The notes beneath the pieces were generated by a model. It saw only the letters and a list, made by a program, of their open reading frames with translations, was not told the DNA's origin and ran no database searches. A DNA stretch of 64,000 nt from Magallana gigas. Taxonomy: Eukaryota. Shown one piece after another: positions 25,217-38,100 of this stretch. The position numbers and the translations under genes are program-made. The stretch lies in the NCBI RefSeq assembly GCF_963853765.1, contig NC_088854.1, forward strand, positions 8,680,001-8,744,000. The letters are read 5' to 3'. Within the stretch, counting starts at the first letter, position 1. Each line of letters opens with the position of its first letter.

Positions 25217-26409
25217 TCAATAATGGCCTCGTTTTGATTCTCCTGCGAACCTGAGTTCCATCTCCATTTGTTCGTTCATTTCCTGCCTCCTTGCTATCAG
25301 AACCACAACGAAGACAACCTAGAAAAAAAATCAAAGGTTTTCTCCGGTTACAATACTGTAGATTCCTAATTAAATGTGAGGAATTAATATCCCCGTAAAA
25401 TTGCGAGAAGCACCCTTCGCGGATTTTAAAATCTCGTCATTATTATCTGAGAGTTTAGAACTATAAGAAATAAGGAGAAAATTTCCACATTCGTGATTTT
25501 ATATTCTTGCGATTTGGTACAAACCAGCGGATCGGAATTAAGTACTCGCGTAATATAAGGAATTTACAGTAGATGATTATAGGTTTTATTTGCATGTGCA
25601 ATGAAATTAATGAAATGTTTGCTGTTTACACAAAGTTAATGATTGGAGATGTGATAAATGAACTTACATTGAGTAGAGTCCTGAACACCCAGAACAGCCA
25701 GGTAAACACCACAAAGGCCAGCCTCTGTAAGAAAGGTAAAACAATTTACTGATACTGCAGTGGTAAAGGGTGTAAATACATGTACTACAATGACTGCTTT
25801 ATATACATTGTGACTATAGAGGCCTGTTAAGCAGAGCGAGTGCTTATAAGCTGAGGCACCAATATTCACTATCCTTCCGATGCAAATGTTGAAGAGCAAT
25901 CATTCTGCTGAACAGGTCTCAGGAGTAGCCTTTTTTATTTCCTCTTGCAACTTGCTGAAGAGGGGATATATATGGCTGTGTGTACGTAAGTTAGTTGATA
26001 AGTATACAAAGCTGTCGGTACCAACAATAACTGGGGGAAAAACCTTTAGTACATGTATTAGGAATAATCAATTTTTTCTATACTTTTTAGCATTGTTGTA
26101 ATTAAAAAAACCCTAGTCTTTTTCAAAGATTTTGGCAAATTATTTTTTGAGATTTAAAACTCAAATTTCTGTACAACAAAAGAAACAAAGAAGCTACTTT
26201 TGCTCATAGTTCCAGTATTGAAGATGTTTTAACATTGCGAGAAGAGTAATAACTTTATTTATTTTAACATTGTAACCATGCAGAGGAGTTACTATTTTAA
26301 CATTGTGACAAGGGGAATAACTATGTTTTAACATTGTGTAAAGGAGATATACTTTGTTTTAATTAACATTGTGCCAAGGGAAGAACTTTGTTTTGCTATG
26401 TGAATTGGG

Positions 26410-26444
<35 letters not shown>

Positions 26445-29348
26445 GAACAATAGGTATGATAAAGTCAGCTTAATGGAGTCATAATACAAACAATCTGGAC
26501 AATGTACAATAATACATGTAGCTCCTGTATAAATAAAATCCATTTTTCCCCCTTGGAACTCGGATAGCCCTGATTGCTGCCAATATTTACAAGAGCAGAC
26601 TTTAGTTACCGCTCCTGCACATGTATAGGGACTCAACGTTACGCAGGCAGGGATGTCCGCACACCTACGCAACTCAACAGGTACCAATGTTAATGCAAGC
26701 AGGGATAACGCAAGCAGGAATGACCGCACACTTGCGCCAACAGCTCAACATAACGCAAGCAGGGAATGCTCCCTGCCGCACACTTACACTAGATAGGCCA
26801 AAACACCAGCAGAGATGACCATTTACTAGTGCTCCGCCACAACCACCACAAGCAAGTATTACCGCACACTTGTATTAATGCTATACAGGACAGGAAAGAG
26901 CACACACTATGTATCATAGGTTAGGATACACGAAGATAAGATAGAGCAGGGGTGTCCACACACTCTCTCTATCCATACCTGTTCAAGTTTAACCCCAAAC
27001 AGTCACTCGTTGTAATGGAAGAGACACTGTCCCTATATATGTGCCGGCCTAAAATAATTCATAGTATCTAAAAATTGGAAATCAAAAATAAACAAACTAA
27101 TCCGCCTTAACCCAAAACTACTTACGCAGAACAACTTATATACATTGAATATTTATTATTGTATAAAAATAATCATCACAATAATTGCTTAACAGTGGAT
27201 GCATTAATTAAAATAATCAAGAATCAATAAATCAAGGGCAATAACTCAATACAGAAATACAAAAAGATTTTAATGAAGAAATAGCTGCCTGCCTCAATTT
27301 TATAGTCATATCACATGTTGAGTATTGCAGTTTTCAAAAAGATCCTTTTCAATTGTTTATATATGGGATATTTTGCTGCATCAAACTCTGAACCTTCTTG
27401 TGAGGCTGAAGAATTGTCCTGGAGCCAAAGTCTTAACAATTATAAAGTATCATCTTGCTGATCCATTTCTAAGAAGAAGATTTTTAAAGATTTGCTCTAT
27501 ATATTCCTATGTAAAACTTTAACACCCCCCCCCCCAATGTGGCCTCACCCTACCCCCAGGGATCATGATTTTCACAACTTTGAATCTACACTACCTGAGG
27601 ATACTTCCACACAAGTTTCAGCTTTCCTGGCTTATTAGTTTCTGAGAAGAAGATTTTTAAATATTTACTCTATAAATTCCTATGTAAAACTTCAACCCCC
27701 CCCCCCATTGTGCCCCACCCTACCCCCAGGGATCGTGATTTTCACAACTTTGAATCTACACTGCCTGAGGATGTTTCCACAAAAGTTTCAGCTTTCCTGG
27801 CTTAATAGTTTCTGAGAAGAAGATTTTTAAAGATTTACTCTATATATTTCTATGTAAAATTTTAACATCCCCCCCCCAATGTGGCCTCACCCTACCCCCA
27901 GGGATCATGATTCACAACTTTGAATCTACACTACCTGAGGATGCTTCTACACAAGTTTCAGCTTTCCTGGCTGTTTAGTTTCTGAGAAGAAGATTTTTAA
28001 AGATTAACTCTATATATTCCTATGTAAAACTTCGACCCCCATTGTGGCCCCACCCTACCTTCCGGGGTAATGAATTTCACAACTTTGAATCTACACTACC
28101 TGAGGATGCTTCCACACAAGTTTCAGCTTTCCTGGCTGTTTAGATTTTGAGAAGAAGATTTTTAAAGATTTACTCTCTATATTTCTATGTAAAACTTCGA
28201 CCCCCCCATTGTGGCCCCACCCTACCCCCAGGGATCATGATTTTCACAACTTTGAATCTACACTACCTGAGGATGCTTCCACACAAGTTTCAGCTTTCCT
28301 GGCTGTTTAGTTTCTGAGAAGAAGATTTTTAAAGATTTACTCTATATATTTCTATGTAAAACTTCGACCCCCCATTGTGGCCCCACCCTACCCCCGGGGG
28401 TCATGAATTTCACAACTTTGAATCTACACTACCTGAGGATGCTTCCACACAAGTTTCAGCTTTCCTGGCTGTTTAGTTTCTGAGAAGAAGATTTTTAAAG
28501 ATTTACTCTATATATTCCTATGTAAAACTTCGACCCCCCATTGTGGCCCCACGCTACCCCCAGGGGTCATGATTTTCACATCTTTGAATCTACACTACCT
28601 GAGGATGCTTCCACACAAGTTTAAGCTTTCCTGGCTGTTTAGTTTCTGAGAAGAAGATTTTTAAAGATATACTCTATATATACCTATGAAAAACTTTGAC
28701 CCCCCCCATTGTGGGCCCACCCTACCCCAAGGGATCATGATTTTCACAACTTTGAATCTACACTACCTGAGGATGCTTCTACACAAGTTTCAGCTTTCCT
28801 GGCTGTTTAGTTTCTGAGAAGAAGATTTTTAAAGATTTACTCTATATATTCCTATGTAAAACTTCGACCCCCCCCCCATTGTGGCCCCACCCTACCCCCA
28901 GGGGGTCATGAATTTCACAACTTTGAATCTACACTACCTGAGGATGCTTCCACACAAGTTTCAGATTTCCTGGCTGTTTAGTTTCTGAGAAGAAGATTTT
29001 TAAAGATTTACTCTATATATTTCTATGTAAAACTTCGACCCCCCATTGTGGCCCCACCCTACCCCCGGGGGTCATGATTTTCACAACTTTGAATCTACAC
29101 TACCTGAGGATGCTTCCACACAAGTTTCAGCTTTCCTGGCTTTCTGGTTCTTGAGAAGAAGATTTTTGAAAATTTCTCGAAATTTTTCATTAATTTCTAA
29201 TTATCTCCCCTTGAAAACGGGTGTGGCCCTTAATTTTCACAACTTTGAATCCCCTTTGCCTAAGGATGATTTGTGCTAAGTTTGGTTGAAATTGGCCTAA
29301 TAGTTCTTGAGAAGATGTTGAAAATGTGAAAAGTTTACGGACAGACGG

Positions 29349-29383
<35 letters not shown>

Positions 29384-29409
29384 GACAACAGACAAAATGT
29401 GATCAGAAT

Positions 29410-29448
<39 letters not shown>

Positions 29449-31796
29449 CTTTAATTATGGAATAAGGGGGATACTTTAAAAACACATGATGATTTTGTTT
29501 TAACTTTGTGAAATAGAAAGTAAATATGTGACAAGTACATACATTAGTAACATATTGGAATCAAATATTCATTTTACATCGTGACTAGTTGAAGGCTATT
29601 GTTTAAATAATATGTTATTATTTTCTAATAAAGTTCTGAAATGGAATTTTACAACTAAAGTGAAATGATCTCTCCTATTAAAACTTCTAAAACATATCTC
29701 TTAAAAAAGATCTCAGTACTTACAAATGTGTTCATGGCGTAGAATGTGTACTCGAAAACAGAAAAGGCGAACTCGACAAGGATGTAAATGATGAGATAGA
29801 TGATGTAAATTTTGTGAGCTCTCATGTACATCACAAAATGCTACAATAAAAAATGCAATCATGGTAGATATACATAAATTAATCATGTTAATTATCCTAC
29901 CGTAATAAACAATATGAAAAAAAATAGATATAGACAATATTTTGAAATAATTTTGCATATACAATTAAAGAATGAATGAATTATAAAAACAAAATCATAA
30001 TAAACACATGCAGACATTTTACAGACTTCATTCATGTCCTTTAATAAGACACATACCCTTTCCATGGTTTGTAGAATCATGAAGCCACTGTACAGGATAA
30101 GGACCACATGACCAAATGTGAGCACTATGTCACTGGCCAAGAAACCTGGAACAGACAAAATTATAGTTAGTGGCCTAGTGTGTTATTGGACAAAGAATAA
30201 TTAACGCACACTGCACTAAACAGTACACCACAAAAGAATCCTATGTAAATTGAAGTGAAACACAAAGTTAAGGTTGTTATTCTAATTTTTAACATTTTTT
30301 AATTATCACAACTGTTATAAAACATATGAAATTTTGCTGAATATTAAATAAAAAAAGAAAACCTAAATATGATATCACGATATCAATATATATTTAATAT
30401 AATTTTATACTCTAACTGAAATATATTTATCAAAGTCTTTGACACGCTGGTTTTATATATATATATATATATATACTTACTCTGCCAGAAGTGAGCCCGC
30501 CACAACGTCTTAAATCCCATACTGATCTCAAAGTCCGTCCCTGTTGCTATCAGATCAACCAGTCGCAGAGTCAAGGCGAATGTGGCCGTAAACTACAAAC
30601 AGTAAAAAAATACATGTACATATACATTCATAGCATTATGTCAATTTTCATGGGCATGCAATAATTAAACCTTTATATTAAGGGAATCTTTTGAGAAAAA
30701 AAATTGACCTTTACCAACTTGGTAATTACTACGTAAACTTCGGATCACTATAGGGAGAATACCAGTCTTTATTGTTTGTATTCAAACTTTTTTGTATTTA
30801 AACTTCTTGAATTGAAGCTCAGATTGTGGATTAAAATATCTTGAGTCCTTTCTCATTATGAAAGTCAACTGGGTGAGGCAACTAAACTATATTCATTTTG
30901 TTTCTGATAACTGTGGTATTGCTGTCATCTACAGGAAAGTAAAGGAGTTACGGTCGGAACACTTCCATATTAATTGTGATATTATTCAAAGTTGTTTGCC
31001 AAGACTGCTCTGCTGTTTGAAATTGACTCTGTATCAGCAAAATATACATCCCATGATGAAGTCGGACGAGTGTCATTGCATTCTATGTATTCATTATATA
31101 TATTAGCCAATGACTGGACAGTTAACCATGAGTTATTTATAAGACCCAACCTTTATCAAATCAAGAGTTTCTCACATACTGCTAATTTTAAGGTTCAAGC
31201 TCTTGTTAAAACAGTTCTAAAAGGCATTTTCTGGTCAAATACTGTGCAATTTAAATTTTTTTTATAAATTGTGACATAATTGTACTAAACATTCTCGTTG
31301 ATTCCCATTCCCTAGCTGATATAACCACCTTAAATAAAGTACACAACAGAAATTGCTTAATCAACATCATTAAATTATCTCCTAGGTAAACAATCATCAA
31401 ATCGTCCCTAAAAAAGTGCAGTTAGTTACTCTCATTAATTTATGTAATACCATTTATAGAGACTTATTCTGTGTCTTTTACGTAAATTAATATACATACT
31501 TGTACCATATATGTGTACAAACATATATACTAATTGACCATTATGTATCAAAACAGCTGATACGTTTTAGATTCATTTAATGGAAATGTATTGACAATCC
31601 ATGACAAATACCGGAAGTAAATATACGGCGATTGATAGTTCGAATTAATCATTTTACCTTTTCTATACCTGGCCAAATAACTTTAAACATCACATTCTAG
31701 TTACTAGTATACTTATTAACTTACCACCACAAAAATATAGCCCACGAAGCATGCTGTTCGTAGATTCCAACAGAGGAACCTGTGCATCAACGCCAT
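25217..31796 (-). CDS. Uncharacterised four-transmembrane protein (about 190 aa), 6 coding exons
   Basis: In-phase exons approx 31725-31796, 30478-30592, 30056-30147, 29724-29840, 25668-25726, 25217-25319 give MALMHRFLCWNLRTACFVGYIFVVFTATFALTLRLVDLIATG...FLASDIVLTFGHVVLILYSGFMIL...IYIIYLIIYILVEFAFSVFEY...RLAFVVFTWLFWVFRTLLNVVFVVVLIARRQEMNEQMEMELRFAGESKRGHY*, with four hydrophobic segments. Confidence 0.8.
25354..25571. mobile_element. MITE-like element with tactgta terminal inverted repeats
   Basis: Left end tactgtagattcct; the right end aggaatttacagta is its reverse complement with 1 mismatch. Confidence 0.65.
26410..29445 (+). mobile_element. HINE carrying a Cg170-type satellite variant, inside an intron of the 4-TM gene
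   Basis: Same termini as 9652-11992 (acaagaggcccatgggccacatcgctcacctgag ... gctcacttgagctttcagctcaggtgagctaaaa), about 10 monomers of 166-168 bp at about 27470-29150, and a gacg/gaca microsatellite at 29338-29390. Confidence 0.85.
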
Positions 31797-33269
31797 ATTT
31801 GTTTTCTCTCGTCTCGTTTTAAACTCGTCACACCTGAGGCAGGTAAGGGAGAAATCAGTATATGCACCATGCACTAAATGACGAAAATATTTCCGATTTT
31901 GATGTTGCAAACAGAGTAATTAAAAAACGTCCAATGAATTTTGTTATTATTTAAAGTTAAAGAGCTGTACATTAAAACCATATTAAATTGATGATTATAT
32001 ATTTACATTTTCCACGCTCCGGTACAAAAATAACGAGTGCTCCCTCAGTCGCGTAACCAAGTGGCGGATATAAGACTTTTACAAGTAATAGATTTCCAAA
32101 ACACTTACCTTCATTCTAACTAGGCTATCTTATAAGAAAAAAATTTTAATTTCTCGATGTTGATCATAAATTCTAGTGCATGTATATCACTTAAAATTAA
32201 ATTATTTCATTAAATTTAATTCCCAACCATAGGAAAGGATATTCAAGCACGTGTTGTTTTCGAAAGTTGGGGGGGGGGGGGGGGGGGGACTTCATCTAAA
32301 ACATCTTGACAAGCAATTAATAAAAGGGCGAATTCTCAAAATTATGAAAAAAATCCTAATTGTAACTTCAATTAAATTAGATTCCTTATTTTCAGTTTCA
32401 TTTATTACATTCTCCGACAAAAGTGGAGGGGGCAAATCCATGATAATACCATTTATTATATATCTAAAGTAAAGGAAAGCGCCTGCTGCAAAAAAATTAA
32501 TATGCTTGTATCAAGTTTTATTCCCGTGTCACAAACTGTATTGAGAATATTTTCATTTGCAAGGAGTATATTTTTAAATTTGACCTTATGGTCCTGGTAT
32601 TGAGATATTGAGCCTACGTGATTTGTCCATAGTATTTTCATCATTAAATTTTGACTATATGATTGTGTCCTCAAAACATTACGGTCTTCTATTTTTCAGA
32701 GGGTGCAATACATGTATGTACAAGCAAAGGGTTCTTTAGGTATAAAGTGGGTGATAAATTTTTATGTCCAAAGAAGTGTGACCGTTAAACTTTAACCTTT
32801 AACTCTATGACCTATACTTCAATAGGGGTCATGCATCTACTTTTAAGAGGATACCGATCGAGTACCAAATTTGATTTCTTTTAAACAAAGGGTTTTCAAG
32901 ATATTGAGCAGGCAACTCCTACCTGTTGACTGAGCAACAGGTGCAAATTAGTTCTTAATTATCCAGAAAAATATTTATTAACTCGAGATATATCTTATAC
33001 AAAGTAATCATGTAAATTTCACTGAATGAAAACCAGATTACAAAATGACTGAGACTGTTATCACATCTAGCATACTTTCATATCACAATAGAAGATATAG
33101 TTGAGCCATATCACAGTTCAAGAAAAATAATGGAAGTATTTGCATACTCAATATAATTGATAACATACAAGTAAAATAAACATTTAGAATTCAAATTAAA
33201 AAAAACTTACAGTTCAGTTTATGCATTTGTGTGAAATTTTATCTCATTGCATTAAAATTTAAAAGAATT

Positions 33270-34486
33270 AACAAGATATCTGTGAGCCAATGCTCACTAG
33301 CGATACCCCCGCTCTGATGTGAATATGCAAAATAAGCATAGTCGACATTTAACAGAAAGCTGGCATCCGGTTGGTACAGAAATATTTAGCACAATATGGC
33401 ATGCCTAAACAAATAGTGTGTTAAAATTTCAAGCATCTGCGATAAATAGCTGCTGAGAAATCTTTGAGGAAAATTTGTTTGAAAATTTTGGCTAAAATAA
33501 ACAAAGTACTCATTTAACAGGAAGATGACTTCCGATTGGTACAAAAATATATCCCACGATATGGCATGCCTTATCAAAACTGTGTAAAAATTTCAAGCAT
33601 CTCAGATAAATAGCTGCTGAGAAATCTTTGACGAAAATTTGTTTGAAAATTTTGGCAAAAAATAAACAGTCATTATTTAACAGGAAGTTGACGTCCGATT
33701 GATACAAAAATATATCCCACAATATGGCATGCCAAAACAAATAGTGTGTTAAAATTTCAAGCATCTGCGATAAATAGTTGCTGAGAAATCTTTGAGGAAA
33801 ATTTGTTTGAAAATTTTGGCTAAAAAATAAGCAGAGTCGTCATTTAACAGGAAGTTGACGTCCGATTGATACAAAAATATATCCCACAATATGGCATGCC
33901 TAAACAAATAGTGTGTTAAAATTTCAAGCATCTGCGATAAATAGTTGCTGAGAATTCTTTGACGGAAATTTGTTTGAAAATTTTGGCAAAAAATAAACAA
34001 AGTCATCATTTAACAGGAAGTTGACGTCTGATTGGTACAAAAATACATCCCACGACATAGCATGCCAAAACAAATAGTGTGTAAAATTTCAAGCATCTGC
34101 GATAAATAGTTGCTGAGAATTCTTTGACGGAAATTTGTTTGAAAATTTTGGCTAAAAATAAACAAAGTCTTCTTTTAACAGGAAGTTGACGTCTGATTGG
34201 TACAAAAATATATCCCACGATATGGCATGCCTATACAAATACTGTGTAAAAATTTCAAGCATCTGCGATAAACAGTTGCTGAGAAATCTTTGACGAAAAT
34301 TTGTTCGAAAATTTTGGCTAAAAAATAAGCAAAGTCGTCATTTAACAGGAAGTTGACGTCCGATTGGTATAAAAATATATCCCACGATATGGCATGCCTT
34401 AACAAACACTGTGTTAAAATTTCAAGCATCTGCGATAAATAGTTGCTGAGATAAATGCGAAAGAAATTTTTGTTACGGACAGACAG

Positions 34487-34520
<34 letters not shown>

Positions 34521-34577
34521 AGACAGACACACAAGGGTAAAACAGTATACCCCCTCTCCTTCGGAGCAGGGGTATAA
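33270..34577 (+). mobile_element. HINE-like element carrying a second, different satellite of about 165 bp (x7)
   Basis: Starts aacaagat...gctcac; the monomer marker aaatttcaagcatctgcgataaata recurs about every 165 bp; gaca/gacg microsatellite; 3' hairpin tacccct...aggggta. Confidence 0.75.
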
Positions 34578-35132
34578 ATATGACATATTATACATGTAAA
34601 AGTGATATTATATCAAACAATAAAATAAACATGGACAAAAGCATGACTGTGTAAAAATACAAAGACTTCCTGTGACTAAACATCAGTGATCCCATCAGCA
34701 AATGATACAGACTGTAAAACTTTCAACGGCTACAGCTTCTACCAGTTGACAAAACAAACACATAAATATCATTAGGCTCATTTTTACTACTTTTTCAATC
34801 AGAATCACTATAAATCCATTAAAATTCAACAGTTTCAAATTTTTGACACACTTTAAAATAAGTTTTGAAACGTCCATTATACAGTTCATTGGCTGACACA
34901 TCTAGCAACTGAACTACTCAGTGCTGTCAATTTGATAAACAGATTGATATACACTTTTAAAAGTGCATTTGAGCACTCAAAAAAGAATTTATTGTGTACG
35001 AAATGTTAAAGAAACCAACTAGTATGGAGATTTCAACACAACTCTTTCCTCATTTCATACAGGATTTGAAAAAATAAATTTCCATTCATCACAAAATGAA
35101 GATTCTACAGACTAACTCTCACTACAGATCAT

Positions 35133-38100
35133 TTAAATTCTTTTGTATGTGATTAGATATTCGGGATAGCAGGCCTTGTTGTCATACAGAATAAATTCTC
35201 TAAAGTTCCAGCTTCCATCTACAACTATGGAATCAAACATGGCACTATGGGTAGGGTCCTTGCACCGATCATTGTGACAGCTCTTACAAGGAGGCCTGGT
35301 ATAGGGATGTTTGTTTGTGGTATCAGTTCTGATGAACATTTCGCCAAGGCAAGCTCGAACCAAAAGCATTTTCTTCTCATGGAGATCTCTTTGATCTTTT
35401 GGATCTGCAAAAACATAACATTCAAAACGCAATTGGTAATCCGTTCTATTACCCTCAGCGTTAGCAACACACTTGGCAACGGGTAACACAACGAATTATT
35501 ACATGCGCGTAAATCATGCACGTACGGTTTGCCGTAGAATTCACTTCATTTCTTTATAAAACAGTAAAATGTTCTTTAAAATTAAGACATTCAGTATAAT
35601 AAAATGAATAGTGCCTGTTATGGAAGGGTAACTGTTGAAATTGACATCCCTCGAAAACCATTGTCAATGGTTGTCTCGGGGTGTTTTCAACAGTTACCCT
35701 TCCAAACAGGCACTATTTATATATTAACCCCAAAGAAGTGGCTCAATTCAACTGATTAGAGCATTTTTATCCAATAAAATAATAGCAATACTTTATTACG
35801 ACAAAATTCACAAAGTTTACCTGCATACTGATCCGATTTACTCGAGCTCTCTGCACAGTATACTCCATTTCCAAAAACTGGATTGTTTGCTATCCTCCCA
35901 TCTAATCCCTGAGTTAAAATATTTGTAATGAGACTTGGTTGAGTCCCATGGAACAAATAATGCTCATTGATCCCTGGGTAAATCTCCACCTGAAGACATG
36001 GATCGGCTATCTGTGTAGTTGCCACATCTCCACTTTTCGCGTGCGGAATCTGCCCTAGTGCCTTGAATTGCCCCTTCTGTGAAGCTCGTAGGAAGATCTT
36101 TTCTCTGTACTTCCAATACTCCTCAAAAAGATGAGGACTTTCAAGACGTTCTATATTAGTGATCTGTATCTTTGTATAGTTTAACTGGGCTAAACCAACT
36201 GCATCAGTGCCTTTACCCACAAACTGGGACTTCCAAGTATTTAATGCCAACTTCTCTACAGCAGAATATGTTTGAGAGCTTGACTTTAAAGCTTCAAGTT
36301 TAAAGTCCTTTGATGAGACACGGGAATTCCAAGTTGCCAAGTCATTGGAGGAAGTGTAAAATGTCCAATAGGATGGAGTTACAGCCTTCATTTTGTACAG
36401 ATTCTCAAAATATGGCTTTGAATTCACTGGTGACTTGTTAGCATGTGCTGTAATAAATTAATTACTGTTTAATTTTATTTTATTCATTAGCATACCTCAT
36501 TGAAATAATCTTATACAAAGTGAAATTTGTAGGATGTTTAACATTGAAATACCTGTCCTTATGTTTGTGATACAATTTTAAAACTTAGAACACTTAACTT
36601 AAGAACATGATATATTGATGATAACTGGGCATATTGCTTATTAAATTAATTGTGTGTATGTTAAACAAATCAAGCACCTGTTGGTGGGTTAGGACTCTGC
36701 AGAGTTGCTGCTGGGGTCGACATCTTGAAAGCTGAGAGAAAGGCCTGTAATCGACCACAATCAAGCTACATGTGTTATATGGAAGAAGCTATATCATTAT
36801 ATGAAAATGTTGAAAATAATCTTTTTCCATAACTTTGTGTAGCCTATAAGACTTGAATAATCATGCATGCATATGGTAATTCCATCTCTAACACTGTGCA
36901 CCACTGACCTGCTCCACTGTTTTCCTATTCCTGTCTTGGTTGTATACAACAATAGTGATGCGAGCAAGTTCTGTTTGCGGATATTTCTGATCAAAGTCCT
37001 CGATGCACTCAGCCATTACTTGTGCCACTTGGTCGGGAGGGTAGTTCAGAGACCCTGTCCCCAGGGTGGGGAAAGCCAGGGTCTTTGTCATCTTGTGCTT
37101 GTTGGCCTCCTCTAGACATTTGGTCACAAAGTCTTTTAAGATCTGTTAAAATAGGTTTGATTTACACCAACATTTTTTACAAACACATGTTTAAATTTAT
37201 GCATGTTAAAATATGAAGGAACAGATTTGTAAAAATTGTATCAACAATTATACAATATACAAATACTGCATGAATAAAGTAGCTGATCATGATAACTAGT
37301 AAATACTATTTTTTTGCATGGAAAACTGATATACAAGTATACTAGTGGAATATAATAACAGCCATAGTTGATAAGATGTCATTTAATTGTCTACCAGTTA
37401 TAAACTCTCAAAACTAAATTAATTTGCCCCACAGAGGTGAAGTGCAAGCTAAGATGTGTGACTGTTTGTGTGAAAGGCGGGAGGCATGAATAAGGCAAGC
37501 CTTTTATCATTATTTTTTTACATTCTGATGTTATATACCCGTACATTTGTTTAGTTATTTTTGCTAATAATCTTAATTTAAGTTTCGGAATAAACAGTAT
37601 ACATGCAGGGAAATATTTGCCCCCATTTTTTTTCACCCCTTCTGCCCTTGTTGTCAGCGGGCACCTAATTTAATTAAGACTGAACAACCTCAAATTTCTC
37701 ATACTATCTCTCCTTAATACATGTACAACTGTGTGGATTCAAGAAAGGGCAAAACCATTTGCAAATGTAGAAAGGCAAAAAAAACCAAAAACCAGGGCAA
37801 GCATAACCCTGTATACAGAATAATCATTTATTATATTTTAATACATCAGAACAGAAGAACTTAACAACTTTAGTATACAGTTGGACAGTATAAACAAATG
37901 AGTCCTAGCAACTCTCTCACCCTTAAGCAGACTGTACCTGTTTAGGTGTAGGCGTCCCAGCAGTCCCCCACTTTGGAATGGCTCCGTGGTACACAAACTT
38001 ACACTGTAGATTATGACCTCCGGTAATGGCGAGGTCGCCGGACTGAATCCCCTGAGGATACTTCTGGTCACACTCTGTCTGTAGACCAGGCCCCGCGGCC

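Noticed and set aside
33386-34534. Series of repetitive hydrophobic ORFs
   Set aside because: Translations of satellite monomers inside a HINE-like element; the same applies to ORFs at 10012, 27325, 29046, 29297 and 47914.
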